Shown here piece after piece: positions 36,481 to 48,797 of a stretch of 64,000 bases of DNA (positions are counted from its first letter, which is position 1; the number at the start of each line of letters is the position of its first letter). Under the pieces are notes generated by a model that was not told the DNA's origin, searched no databases, and saw only the letters and a program-made list of their open reading frames with translations. Source of the stretch: Octopus vulgaris (lineage: Eukaryota); contig OX597836.1 in the NCBI GenBank assembly GCA_951406725.2, positions 26,660,001-26,724,000 on the forward strand, read 5' to 3'. The position numbers and the translations under genes are program-made.

Positions 36481-37018
36481 TGTTTTGAGGAGGAAGAGGG
36501 GTGTTTTGAGAAGAGGAGTGCTTTGAGGAGGAAGAGGGGTGTTTTGAGAAGAGGAGTGTTTTGAGGAGGAAGAGGAGTGTTTTGAGGAGGAAGTGGAGTG
36601 TTTTGAGGAGGAAGTGGAGTGTTTTGAGGAGGAAGTGGGGTGTTTTGAGGAGGAAGTGGGGTGTTTTGAGGAGGAAGTGGGGTGTTTTGAGGAGGAAGTG
36701 GGGTGTTTTGAGGAGGAAGTGGGGTGTTTTGAGGAGGAAGTGGGGTGTTTTGAGGAGGAAGAGGAGTGTTTTGAGGAGGAAGAGGAGTGTTTTGAGGAGG
36801 AAGAGGAGTGTTTTGAGGAGGAAGAGGAGTGTTTTGAGGAGGAAGAGGAGTGTTTTGAGGAGGAAGAGGAGTGTTTTGAGGAGGAAGAGGAGTGTTTTGA
36901 GGAGGAAGAGGAGTGTTTTGAGGAGGAAGAGGGGTGTTTTGAGGAGGAAGAGGGGTGTTTTGAGGAGGAAGAGGGGTGTTTTGAGGAGGAAGAGGGGTGT
37001 TTTGAGGAGGAAGAGGAA
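36481..37018. repeat. 21-bp minisatellite, ~25 units (gg(a/g)gtgttttgaggaggaag(a/t))
   Basis: Directly visible tandem array; it produces the three repetitive ORFs between 36473 and 37100. Confidence 0.97.
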
Positions 37019-37047
37019 TGTAAGTGTTAGCAGCAAAGTTTACTCAC

Positions 37048-37208
37048 CCAAAAACATACAGCAGATTAAGTACAGCAAGGACCACTGTCATATCACATGA
37101 CGAGAGTAGTATGGTTAAATACTCCGTCGAATTGTACAGGTGTCGGGAGAAGCTGTGTTCTATGAGTAGGGCTGTAAACTGTAGCACCTGGAGTAGCAGG
37201 TCCTTCAG
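37048..37208 (-). CDS. HUWE1: HUWE1 exon 4 ([27 protein letters not shown]...[11 protein letters not shown])
   Basis: Conserved FTALLIExSFSRHLY; 161 nt, ends in phase 2. Confidence 0.95.
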
Positions 37209-39438
37209 CTAAACAAAAATAAAAGCAAAATAATAAAAATAAAACAAAAACATTTTTTATTTATTTAATAAGCAGGAAGAGACTATTAGCAATAACATAT
37301 TGCCAAAGACGGTGTTTTGGATTCCCTGACTATATTCCTAGCAATATTAATATTTATTAGGATCTCTTAGAGTGAAAACTACTTTTCTTGTTATTGGCAT
37401 GAAAAATATTCAGCTGGAAGAGGGACCCAAAAAGCTGAAAGCCCCATTTTACCTGTTTTGAATTATGGTAATTCAAAAATTTATACACGAAAACTTAATA
37501 TTCCTATTTCGGTGTAACAACTGAATTATGAAGGTTAGTAAACTTTCCCTCCTACCCATTTCAAATTCAACAACCTGGATACTCCGACTCCCTTCACTGA
37601 AACTCAATTCCCTAGGGCAAGGCAAATTGTCTATTGACAACCCACTTGTTCTTAACACCCTCTGTGCAAAGATGTAGAGCAACAGCAACCTGTAAAAATG
37701 GATACAGAGTAGAAAGAATTCTGTAAGCTATAGTAGGGACAATCTCTCTAGTTCTTGCAAACTTCATAATTAAACCCCCTCATTACATGGAGAGATGTGG
37801 CCTTCACCACAGTGAAGGTAACACATCTAGGAGACCAGTAATCTTGAAGAAAGACTAATATAAGCTGAAGAAGAAACTTTACTGCTGCAGCAGGTGACTT
37901 CTATTGTTAGTGGGCTGATAAAATACACCCAATTCATGCTGTAAAGTGGTTTATGATAGGAAGGGCATCCAACTGTAAAAACCCGGTCACAGAAAGTAAT
38001 ATACAGAGAATATGCAAACTTCACAAATTGCAGCAGTGGCTAGGACAGACAGCAGTCTTTAGTCTTACCCCAAACAACTTATCTGGTGCAGATGGCACAA
38101 TAACATGCACTCAGTTAAGGTGGCAAGCTAGCATGAAATGTTAGCATGCTGGGCGAAATGCTTAGCAGTATTTTGTCTGTCTTTACGTTCTGAGTTCAAA
38201 TTCTGCCGAGGTTGACTTTGCCCTTCATCCTTTTGGGGTTGATAAATTAAGTAACAGTTGCATACTGGGGTCGATCTAATCAACTGGCCAGCTCCCCAAA
38301 AATTTCAGACCTTGTGCCTTGAGCAAAAAAGAATAAAATGCACCCAGTTTGCACAATAAATATGGTGATAGAGCATCCACCCCCCAAAGACATCCAACAA
38401 CAAATAAAGATAGCTGGGTTTCTGTTGTTGTGTGCACCATCAGATGACAAAAATATGGAACCATGACAATTGGCAAGATGCTACAAGAAACCTTTCCAGC
38501 CATGTCACTTTATCAAAGCTGGTGCAAAATGATGGATTTACCTACAAACTCTTAATAGCAATCAAGCCTATAGGATAAAAACATATCTTTTATGCCAGTA
38601 AATAAAGACATTGCAAGTGAGATTGCATCTCAACAAACCAATAAAGTAAATGCTACCGGAGATAATCAAGATTGGGAAAAGAAGAACCTCAAAGATTTAA
38701 ACAGTGAAAGTTTTTCATACTCAGAAACCAGTTTGAAGGTTATAATTTAATTTATTTTTACATCAGTTTCCATGGGTTAGATGGATGTGTTATAGACATT
38801 TTTTAAAACAGCCAAATGCCCTTCCCAATGCTGACTGTTACTCATTTTTCATGTAAAGGATCACAGTCTGTTTGGCAATGGTGCAAAGCAAACAACCTTT
38901 AAATACAAACATACATACGTGTGTGTGTGTGTTTGTGTGTGCATAGGATGTCACCAATGGTACAAATAACATGAAATACATAAACGAGAAGAAAATGGAA
39001 AATAGGGCAAGTAAACACAGAAAAGGGACCCTTCATCAGTTGCCAGCTACCTATCTACTCCTCATTTTAAGCATTTAACGGCAACATGAGTCTTCAAAGA
39101 CAGTTGCTCCCATAAATTCTAAAATAAAAGTTTAGGATTTACGGAGGGTCAAAGTTGGGAACAAAAACATGACAGTAGAGACATACACGGAAACCGAACT
39201 AAAACAAACACGGAGGGTCGTTAGACCAGAACGAGACATACACATACACGGTCTTCTTTCAGTTTCCATCTACCAAACCCACTCACAAGCTTTGGTTGGT
39301 CAAGGAAGATACAGCATAAGGTATCATGCAGTGGGACTGAACTTGAAACCACATGGTTTACAAGAAAACTTCATAGCCACACCTGCACTAGTTTCAATTT
39401 ACATTTTAAAAGAATTTTCCCATGAGCGACACACTTAC

Positions 39439-39558
39439 CTTCTCATTGCCCAAAACATCACAAGCAAATGTCCATTTGTTGGAAGAATGGCTCTGGCATG
39501 CTTTCTCCAAGATTTCATCAAATTTATCCAAAACATCTACCCAATGGTAGAGTTCACA
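39439..39558 (-). CDS. HUWE1: HUWE1 exon 3 (CELYHWVDVLDKFDEILEK...GNEK)
   Basis: CELYHWVD motif; 120 nt; AG/GT boundaries. Confidence 0.95.
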
Positions 39559-42500
39559 CTGTAAAATAAAAACAACAGTTAATCTAAAACAAAAAAACTT
39601 ATAAATTTTATATTTACTGGTTAGATAAACTCTTTCCAGACTATATAGAACTATTTAGACAAAACGTACTGCAGCATGTTTCAATTAATTCTAAAAATAA
39701 TCCTTGTAATAATGACAACCTAACATGGTCAGCTAACAACATCTTGGTGTGTTCAGTGCAGTCCAGTCTTGCTACAAACATCCACACTAGCTCTGATCAA
39801 TATCCCGATGTGCTGCAGTTGCTGCTTCCCGATGTGCTGCAGTTGCTGCTTACTGTAGTAAGCCATGAACTGTTGTGTCTGCTTTCCTTTAACACATTAA
39901 ACTCAGAGGTGCTAAGATCAAACCCACTTCCCTTCCTTTATTTAAAAAAACAAACAAAAAAATAGGCTCACTGCAATTGCTACTAGAATATATGAAGTGA
40001 AATGATTGAAGATTACATTCACACATACAAGAGGAACAACTGAGGGTCATGAGGTGTGTTTCCTTCTCATACCTTCCACTATTATTCATCCTTGTAACTG
40101 GATCTCCTTCAACAAAACCTACTTCAGTCTTTACAACTGTCTCCCTATCTTTCTCACATCAACCCCTAATCCCTTCCACATCTCTTTCTTTCCACCAACC
40201 ACCTTCTCACAATTCCTCTCATAATACTTCACCCTCTCTCATCACCTTGTCTAAAACCATCTCCCTACCCCCCCCTGTCTTTCACCCATCGCCTTCCTGT
40301 CATGAGAGTTGCAGGCTGACCTCACTAGTCCAGCTGCCACACTGAAAAGTGGTTGGTATTAGAAGGTTTAAGAAGACAAAGAAACCACGCCAAAACTGAG
40401 ACAGTACAGCATGAGGCAGCCTTCCAACCCAAATCCTATCAAACTGGAAAGCAGACGTTTTATCGTTTTATCGGTGTGTGTGTGTGTGTGTGTGTGTGCA
40501 TGCATATATATATTGGTAAAAACGGTAAGATAACAAAAGAAAGAGACCTCAATATTATGTAACTGAATAGATCGTGGTGTGGATTTCCACCTCGGCATCC
40601 GAAACTCAGAGTTTTATCTTGGCTACCGAGTAATTGTCACATTATTTTTACAGATAGATATATATATATATGCACATTTGGATTACTCAATATTTACACA
40701 TTACATTCTGAGTTCAAATTCCGCCAAGGTCGACTTTGCCTTTCATCCTTTTGGGGTTGATAAATTAAGTACTGGTTGCATACTAGGGTCGATCTAATCA
40801 ACTATTTTGAGCCTTGTGCTTAGAGTAGAAAAGAATATTTACACATACATTATAGCTTTAGCTGCAATTATTTGTGAAGGCACATGACTCAGTGGTTAGA
40901 GCATCACATGGACAATCATGAGGCAGTGAGCTCAATTCATGTGTTTCTTGAGCAAGACACTTTATTTTCACATTGCTCCAGTTCACTCAGCTGAGTTGCA
41001 ATGTCACTGATGTCAAGTTCTATCGGCCTTTGCCTTTTCCTTGGATAACATCAGTGGTGTGGAGAGGAGAGGCTGGTATGCATGGGCACTTGTTGGTCTG
41101 CCATAAACAACCTTGCCCAGACTTGTGCCTCAGATGGGTACTTTATAGGAGCAATCCCATGGCCATTCATGACTGAAGGGGGTCTTTACTCTTTAATTAT
41201 TTATAGCTTTATCCGCTTTGAGATTCACCGTTCCAAAACAGATTTCATAATTCTAATGACAACAATAATAAGCTACAACTCTTCTTATTTCATACACTGC
41301 CTAACAGCTTTTAAAAATTAAATCAATGTCAACCACATTACTACAGCTGTAGAATTGCAACATAAAAATACCCCCTGCCCCACAGTAAATGACAAAATAG
41401 GTATTGAACATGCATCCTCTCCTCCACTTTGCAATGAACATAAGCAGTTTTCAAATACAAGCAATTTGATGACAAACCATCACCATTGTTAGTCCACATT
41501 GTTGGATCATATGTAACTTTGGCTCAAACTGTAAAATGACCACAGAGCCTGTTTTGTTTTTCTGATGCTATCATGAATTAGTACATTACAGGGGCATTAT
41601 TTTATAGCTGGATACTCTTTCTGTTGCTAACTGTTGGCAGTTTTTTTTTTTTGTTTTTTTTTTGTTAAGTAAGGAATCTCTTCCATGCAGCTTTGAATGA
41701 GCAAATACAACAGACTTTTTTTTTTTGATAAGAGAAATGACAACTTCACTGCTTTTATCAAAGCAATTTTTGGAGAAGCTTTGAGTTCATATGTACATAT
41801 GATAGGTTTTTTCTCTTATACACATATATGTATAATTGTATGCATCTGTGTGCATATGAGAGAGTCTGTATTTCTTTTGTCTTTGCACGTGTTTGCTGAT
41901 GGGGTCTTTCACTAGTAGTCTACTGTGAAAGAATGTCCAAAGCCTTCATGACTTGTCCAGACATTGCACGATCTTTCAAAACAAAAAGGTACATTCAGAT
42001 GGTGTTGTTTGCTTCCATTTCTCTGGGCAAACATGACTTAAGATGCTTGCTGATCAATAGAGTGGGCAATTATTACTCCGCTTGGAAATAAGTGGAGGTT
42101 CACAACAGAAGTGCAACCTACCAGAGAAAATTCTGCGCTATGAACTCCTGTTTGACCCAGGCATAGAAAAGTAGGTGGTAAAACAGTGATGATACACACA
42201 CACACTAAGCTTCTTCCAGGTGCTATTGACCAAATCCAACCGCAAGTCTTTGGTAACCCTAGTGCTATAGCAGATGACAAGGTGCTGCACAGGGGAACTG
42301 AACTTTTCAACCATACAGCCATGCCTGTACTTGGTTGTAGTTTTAAATGTAAAACTGAATATGAGAGTGTCAAGTTACACTACCAAGATAAATCATAAAC
42401 AATACATGAATGTATATTCAATCATTAATATGAGTTATCAGATACTTAATATAGTAACCATTGCCAAATGTCAGTAACGAGAGAGAGTTAATGAGTTCAT

Positions 42501-43877
42501 TTGCAGAAATTTGTCAACGATAAAAGATTCTCTCAAAGGCTTTAATAATATAACTACTGCTATCTAAACTTTTAATTTAACCACTTAAGACTTGATCATG
42601 AGATCTTGTGACAACTTAAATTTTGCTGTGCCCGAGATAACAAGCTAATTTGTGAGAGGAAAAATACTTGAAAACTAATCCAGATATCGTGTGGTTTTAC
42701 CCTATCTTAATCTTATAGGCTTATATATTTAGTTTCTTATACTGAGCTATCAAAAGTATATTAGAATTATTGACTTTAGGCACAGAGTTTTACATTATAT
42801 TTTTATGACCCACATACACCATCTTTCACTAAATGACAGACAACAATTAAGGTTTCTCTTTCAGGGAAGAAAAAGAGCGGTTCAATTTTACTAGAGATGA
42901 CACAAACATCAGTATTTCTGTCCATAATAGTGAAAATGAAACTAAAACAATTGGAGTGGTTGAAGCTGTAAATATCACAAGGCTTACATGGAGTTAACCC
43001 TTTAGCATTCAGGTGATCCAGTCAAATATGTTTGTCGATTGTTTTGAATTAATCATGCATTTTCTCAAAGCTTCAAAATTTCAACGGAATGATTGCTTAT
43101 TTTTAGAGTGACGTTGTCACATAGGAGCAAGAGGCAGGATCTGGTAAAATATTTGGGCAGATATGACCAGTTTAAATGGCCAGTTTAAATGCTAAATTTT
43201 TCAAATCTTAACTTTTTGCTCTTAATGAAAACACTGTTGAGCACATATGGAATGGGGGGAAGAGACAGTTCAAAAATTGTTCCCAAGAGGAAAAGTGGCA
43301 TTAGCCAGAGGAAGCAGCTGTAATCATATAATAAATATATTATTGCAGCCAATCATACTACATGGCTAACTTTCCCAATATTCCAATGTAGTCTTTTTTC
43401 TGTTTTGTTTTTTTTTTTTACTCTTTTTGCATTTAAATTGGCCACACCAGGCTCAAATATTGTTTTATACTCAAACCAGACAGATCTGATCTCTCACAAA
43501 TACCTTACAATGTCCATCACATTGCCAAGATCTTGAAGTCACAAAATAATTCAAAACAATATGAATAAATAAGCATTGCATTTAAGAGAGTATTCTGAAC
43601 GCTAAGAGATTCAACAGTTGGCTCTTTATTATATGTTGCTTTTTTTTTTATCACTTTTTTGCTTTATTCAACTATTTCTTGTTTACAGTATTTACGCCAT
43701 ACTTATTGCTAAAATTATATAGAAATTGATAAAACTGAAGTGTTTATCCCCAAAATAGTATCTGTTTGTAAAGGGAAGGTAGATAACAATATTCTGTCAT
43801 TCAACTTTGCATTGAAAGCCTAAAGATATTAAAACAAGAAGAAGAAAAAAAATTAAGCAAAATATAAAAGATCTTAC

Positions 43878-43976
43878 CTTCCCATAAGTCCATGACTTTA
43901 TATGGGTCAACTCACTGAATAGTTCATCTTCAGAACAATTCTTTAATCTTTCAATCAGTGCCTTACAGTCAGCAGG
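43878..43976 (-). CDS. HUWE1: HUWE1 exon 2 (PADCKALIERLKNCSEDELFSELTHIKSWTYGK)
   Basis: TTTCAG acceptor, AAG|GTAAGA donor, 99 nt, phase 0/0. Confidence 0.95.
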
Positions 43977-44118
43977 CTGAAAAAAACGAAAAGATAAATT
44001 TTTCACATATAAAGTTAGAGTAGCCAGAGTAATGGCCAGAGCATTTTTTATTAGGTTTACATCTCAAAAGGGTTGAAATTCTATATTCTTATCCCCACAC
44101 TGACTTTTGTTATACACG

Positions 44119-44360
44119 AAATTAAATAAAGGTAAAGGAACAGGAAATTATGCAATGAACATTAGCTTACAGCTGTTTCCGCAATAAGATGCAGTGCATA
44201 CAAAGCTGAGTTACTGTGCATCATCTTATAGCTCTGAGGAAGCTATAAGGTGACACACAAGTGCCCAGCACCAAATGCACTGCATCTAATAGCTGAAACA
44301 GTTGTTAGCTAATGAAGTTCACTGCATAATTTCCTGTTCCTTTGACACTTGTTTAATTTT
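44119..44360. repeat. ~240-bp imperfect palindrome (inverted duplication, Penelope-like)
   Basis: aaaggaacaggaaattatgca pairs with tgcataatttcctgttccttt; attagcttacagctgtttc pairs with gaaacagttgttagctaat; agatgcagtgcat pairs with atgcactgcatct; centre cttatagct-ctgagga-agctataag. Confidence 0.9.
44229..44311 (+). ncRNA. Type I hammerhead ribozyme motif inside a foldback element (antisense to HUWE1)
   Basis: UAGCU-CUGAGGA-AGCUAUAAGGUG...CAUCUAAUAGCU-GAAA-CAGUUG-UU-AGCUA. Confidence 0.65.
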
Positions 44361-45167
44361 ATATTATGATCTGTACTCAACTAATGCTTTATTTTGAAGA
44401 TGAAGTAAATTGTGTTTTAGCACCAGATTATTAGTATTGCTCTACCTTAGTAAAATATGAAAATAAAAATGAAAATCAAAAGACGTTTGTGTAGAGTTGA
44501 AATGCTAAGGTATCCAATTAAGGAATGTACTGAAATGTGATATCTTTAAAGAAAAATTGTTTTTTGTTTTCAAACTATTACAGTTTGAATAAATTTTAAA
44601 ATAAAAATCTAATTTTGTCATATGAAAACCTGTATTTATAATTGGTTCTAGAGCAAACAACAAAATGAAGTATGAAAGCAAAGGATGTCAAAAGCCAATA
44701 TGAAAATTTAATATTCATTCATGCAGCCAAGAAAATATTTGACAGCAGACAGTTGTCATCTTTAACAATGAAAATCGGAATATATGCAGCAACAGGCCAT
44801 AAGGCAAAACAGCAATGGAAACCAGACTTATTGTCAAAATGGACTTACAGAATGAAATGTATTTATTGATTTTTTTTCTACCAATATTAAAAGCAAGTGT
44901 TTAGTCTTTAACCAAAAATATCTTTGGTCAATGAAAATTTGATCAGTTCATGGCTGAAACTGTTTCCTTCAAGTTAATCGAATCTACCTTCTTCCTCTTT
45001 GCGGGGTGGCTTTCAATAGCTTAATACGTATACAAATCACAAAGATTAGTTACAAATTCTACACGGAGAAATGTTGAATAAAAGTTAAAGGTCATAAGGA
45101 TAAATGAAACTCATAGAAATCAAACAGAAATGGCAAAATGCTGGTAATATAACTTGGGCTATGTAAT

Positions 45168-45202
<35 letters not shown>

Positions 45203-45206
45203 TATA

Positions 45207-45436
45207 GGCAGCGAGCTGGCAGAAACATTGGCACGCCGGGCGAAATGCGTAGCCGTATTTCATCTGCCGTTACGTTCTGAGTTCAAATTCCGCCAAGGTC
45301 GACTTTGCCTTTCATCCTTTCGGGGTCGATAAATTAAGTACCAGTTATGCACTGGGGTCGATAGAATCGACTTAATCCGTTTGTCTGTCCTTGTTTGTCC
45401 CCTCTGTGTTTAGCCCCTTGTGGGTAGTAAAGAAAT
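45207..45436 (+). mobile_element. tRNA-derived SINE, family B, young copy (other + copies ~13277-13490, 13509-13700, 38117-38335, 40703-40833)
   Basis: ggcagcgagctggcagaaac...gagttcaaattccgcc...ggggtcgataaattaagtaccag...gggtagtaaagaaata. Confidence 0.88.
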
Positions 45437-47024
45437 ATATATATCATTTACACAATTACCAAGGAACTACTAACAGTTTCATGCTTTAAGATACATTAAA
45501 CTGGAGACTATACAACATGCTATGTAGGTACAAGAATACTTTCAAGCTCAGTTCATAACGCTACATGTAATTAAAAACCAGGATGCCGGGCGATAAGAAA
45601 AACAAAAAAAAAAAAGCAGCTCTTTTGTAATTGTGTACATTAAATGATTTTTATCTCTCACTGGATGAAGTGCTTTTTTATTGAGTAAACTGTGAGTATG
45701 TGTGTGTGGTAAATAATATGAATGGTGAACTGATAGAATCAAAATGATGACTTGCATAATTATTTTTAATACATTCTGGCAGATTTGAATGTGAATGTGC
45801 CGGAATCTATTAAGACTATGCAAATCATTGTGTGTGTGTGCATGCGCGCATGTGCACATACAGCTACTTGGTGTTAATGCATTCTGTGGATGCCTGAAAG
45901 AACTACTGAGCACCATTTCTCATTCAAGATACACTGCATTGTTTGAATTCAAACAAGTGGTGAAATCAATTACAAAGAAATAAAACTGAACAGAAAGCGT
46001 CTCAATTTCCTAAGTACAACTTTACATAACTGTGAATGCATTAAAATATTTTTACAACAGACCAAAATTTTTTTTTAAGAAAATAGAAGTTGGATAAACA
46101 AAGCTACAACAACAATTACAACAAACCACGGGAATAAATTTAACCCTTTTGCTACCATATTTCTGTTGAAATACATTTCAATTCATTTTGAAAGTAATGT
46201 TAAAATTTATAAAATAACTCATTATTAATCTGGTGTTTGGAACAAGATTATTTAAAAACAAAAAATTTCTACTATAAAACCAGGAGCATTTTCAAGCAGG
46301 TTGGTATCAAAAAAAGTTTAGCCAGCCATATCCAGCCCAAATATTCTACCTTGTTTTATGTTCATTCTGGCCAGATCTGGCCTCCCACACATATCCTACA
46401 TTGTCATTCTAAAAGTAAATAATAACATCTTCAAAATTTTTAAAGCTACAAGATAATGCTTGATTAATTTAACCCTTTCTTTAAACCAGCCATATCTAAC
46501 CCAAAAGTGCTATCTGTTTTTATCTTCTGGCCAGCCAGATCCAGCTTATCACATCTACCCCACTATGCTATAATAACATTTACAGTCACTTCGTCATAAT
46601 TTCAAAACTACAAAACAACGACTGATTGATTAAAAACAATGACTGAAAAGAAATTACAGTTGACAGAATAATCTGAATGCTAAAGGGTGAAGCCATGTCA
46701 ATATAAACAGCATCTGATTAATTCAAACCCATGTGAATACCATATTTGCCATAATATAAAATGCAACCTCGCATAAGACAAACCTCTACTTTTTTTGTGG
46801 ACAAAAAAGAAAAATTCTACATTTCATCATCCACTTGACATCCAGAATTCAGTCTCATTCAGCACACAGCAATTTTTCTTTTCATTTATCAAATTTAAGA
46901 ATGAAAAAAAAAAAAAAGGGTGCAAATATATTAAATAAGCATTACATATGCCCAAGAAATCTGAATGCTAAAGTACTAGAGTACAAGCTAGAACTGACCA
47001 GATTTAGACAACTCTACTAAACTA

Positions 47025-47253
47025 TTAACCCTTTAGTGTTTAAACCGGCCACATCCGGCCCAAAATTCTCTACATGTTTTATATTTGAACTGGCCATATC
47101 TAGCCTCTCACACCTAACCTACATTGACATTCTAAAAATAACCAATCACATCATTGAAACCTCAAAGCTATAAGATAATTCTTGATTAATTCAAAACAAT
47201 TTGAGTGAAAAAGTATTACAGTTAACAGAATAATCTGAACACTAAAGGGTTAA
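47025..47253. mobile_element. piggyBac-type MITE, family 2, full length (other copies ~491-692, 4430-4548, 9361-9578, 13706-13860, 42995-43197, 43427-43613, 46320-46975, 60655-60717)
   Basis: TTAA-ccctttagtgtttaa ... ctgaacactaaaggg-TTAA. Confidence 0.88.
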
Positions 47254-48571
47254 AGAGACAAATCTATCTCTACTAAAGCTAACATATCAAATTTCCAGAG
47301 TGTCTCTTTTACCTTGATTTATTTCTTTTTTTTTTTTTTTTTTAATACTTCCTAAGTAGTTATTCAACCACTGGCAGTGTGGGTTTTTCCACGGAAGTTG
47401 ACACATCCACTGACAATGGTGTTCATAGTGTTGTTGAAACCATTTGCAAATAGCTATGAATTACATATTCTAAATACTGCTGCTTCAGGACAATGATCAC
47501 TATATAAATTAGTGTGAAGTCTATGCACCCTAGCCCACAGAAATGAATAACAAAAGTTCTATAATGTGTGGCTGCAGGGTGGGGAAGACAAGAGCAAAAA
47601 AGACAAAGTTTCATATATATATATCATCATTTAGTGTCCGGTGTCCATGCTGGCATGGGTTGGACGGTTTGACCAAGGCTGGTAAGCTGAAAGGCTGCAC
47701 CAGACTCCAGTCTGATTTGATATAGTTTTCTACAGCTGAATATCCTTTCTGATGCCAACCACTCCGAAAGTATAATGGGCGCTTTTACATGCCACCAGCA
47801 TCTGCCACGACTGCAATTTTGCTCGGCTTGATGGGTCTTCTCAAGCACGAGATGTCAAAGGTCTTGGGCATTGCCTCCATGTGCCCCAACACTCAAAAAG
47901 TAACTCAGCCACTAGACATACACACACAAAAGTTTTATTACATACTTTTGTTTGACCTTAAACTGTGTTGCTTTCCTTTTTATTTTAATGAAACTAAAAT
48001 TCTAAATCTATCAGTCCATCCTGGATCTTAGAGAAAACAATATCCTACAATAATAAAATATTTTAACCAATATCCTCTCCTATGCAAAAGCTCTTTTGCC
48101 TAAAATAATTCCAAACATTTCTGGGTCCTAGAGCCCTCAAAATAGAACAATATTGTCCCTTTTTATATGAACAGATTAAAGAAACTTAGTGTCATTTTTT
48201 ATGGAAATGGAAAATCATGCATGTAGAAGACAGACACACATGATATGAAAACACACACACACACACACACAAAAAGGCAAAAACACATACACACAGCAAA
48301 TCGTGAACACAAACATGATCATAATGTGAAGTAGTCAAACCATTCAAAGACAAAAGATATAATATGAAAGACACATTTAATAAGTGAGCATGTGCAAAAA
48401 CAACCAACACACAGGGAAACAACACCTAAGACATATATACACATATTTTGTGAACATCTAGATAAGTTTAGTAATCATCAACATATAATCCAATTTGAAT
48501 GTTATATTTGAAAATATATGTAGTAGTATATAAGGTTTCTTCTCATATAAATACATTAAGTAAACATCATA

Positions 48572-48760
48572 GGCGCAGGAGTGGCTGTGTGGTAAGTAGC
48601 TTGCTAACCAACCACATGGTTCTGGGTTCAATCCCACTGCGTGGCATCTTGGGCAAGTGTCTTCTGCTATAGCCTCGGGCCGACCAAAGCCTTGTGAGTG
48701 GATTTGGTAGACGGAAACTGAAAGAAGCCTGTTGTATATATATGTATATATATATGTATA

Positions 48761-48797
<37 letters not shown>

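Noticed and set aside
36481-37018. CRISPR-like appearance of regular repeats
   Set aside because: No unique spacers, eukaryotic context and no cas genes
36473-37100. Three long repetitive ORFs (LLKTLLF, RRKRSVL and CFEEEEE repeats)
   Set aside because: By-products of the stop-free 21-bp minisatellite inside intron 4
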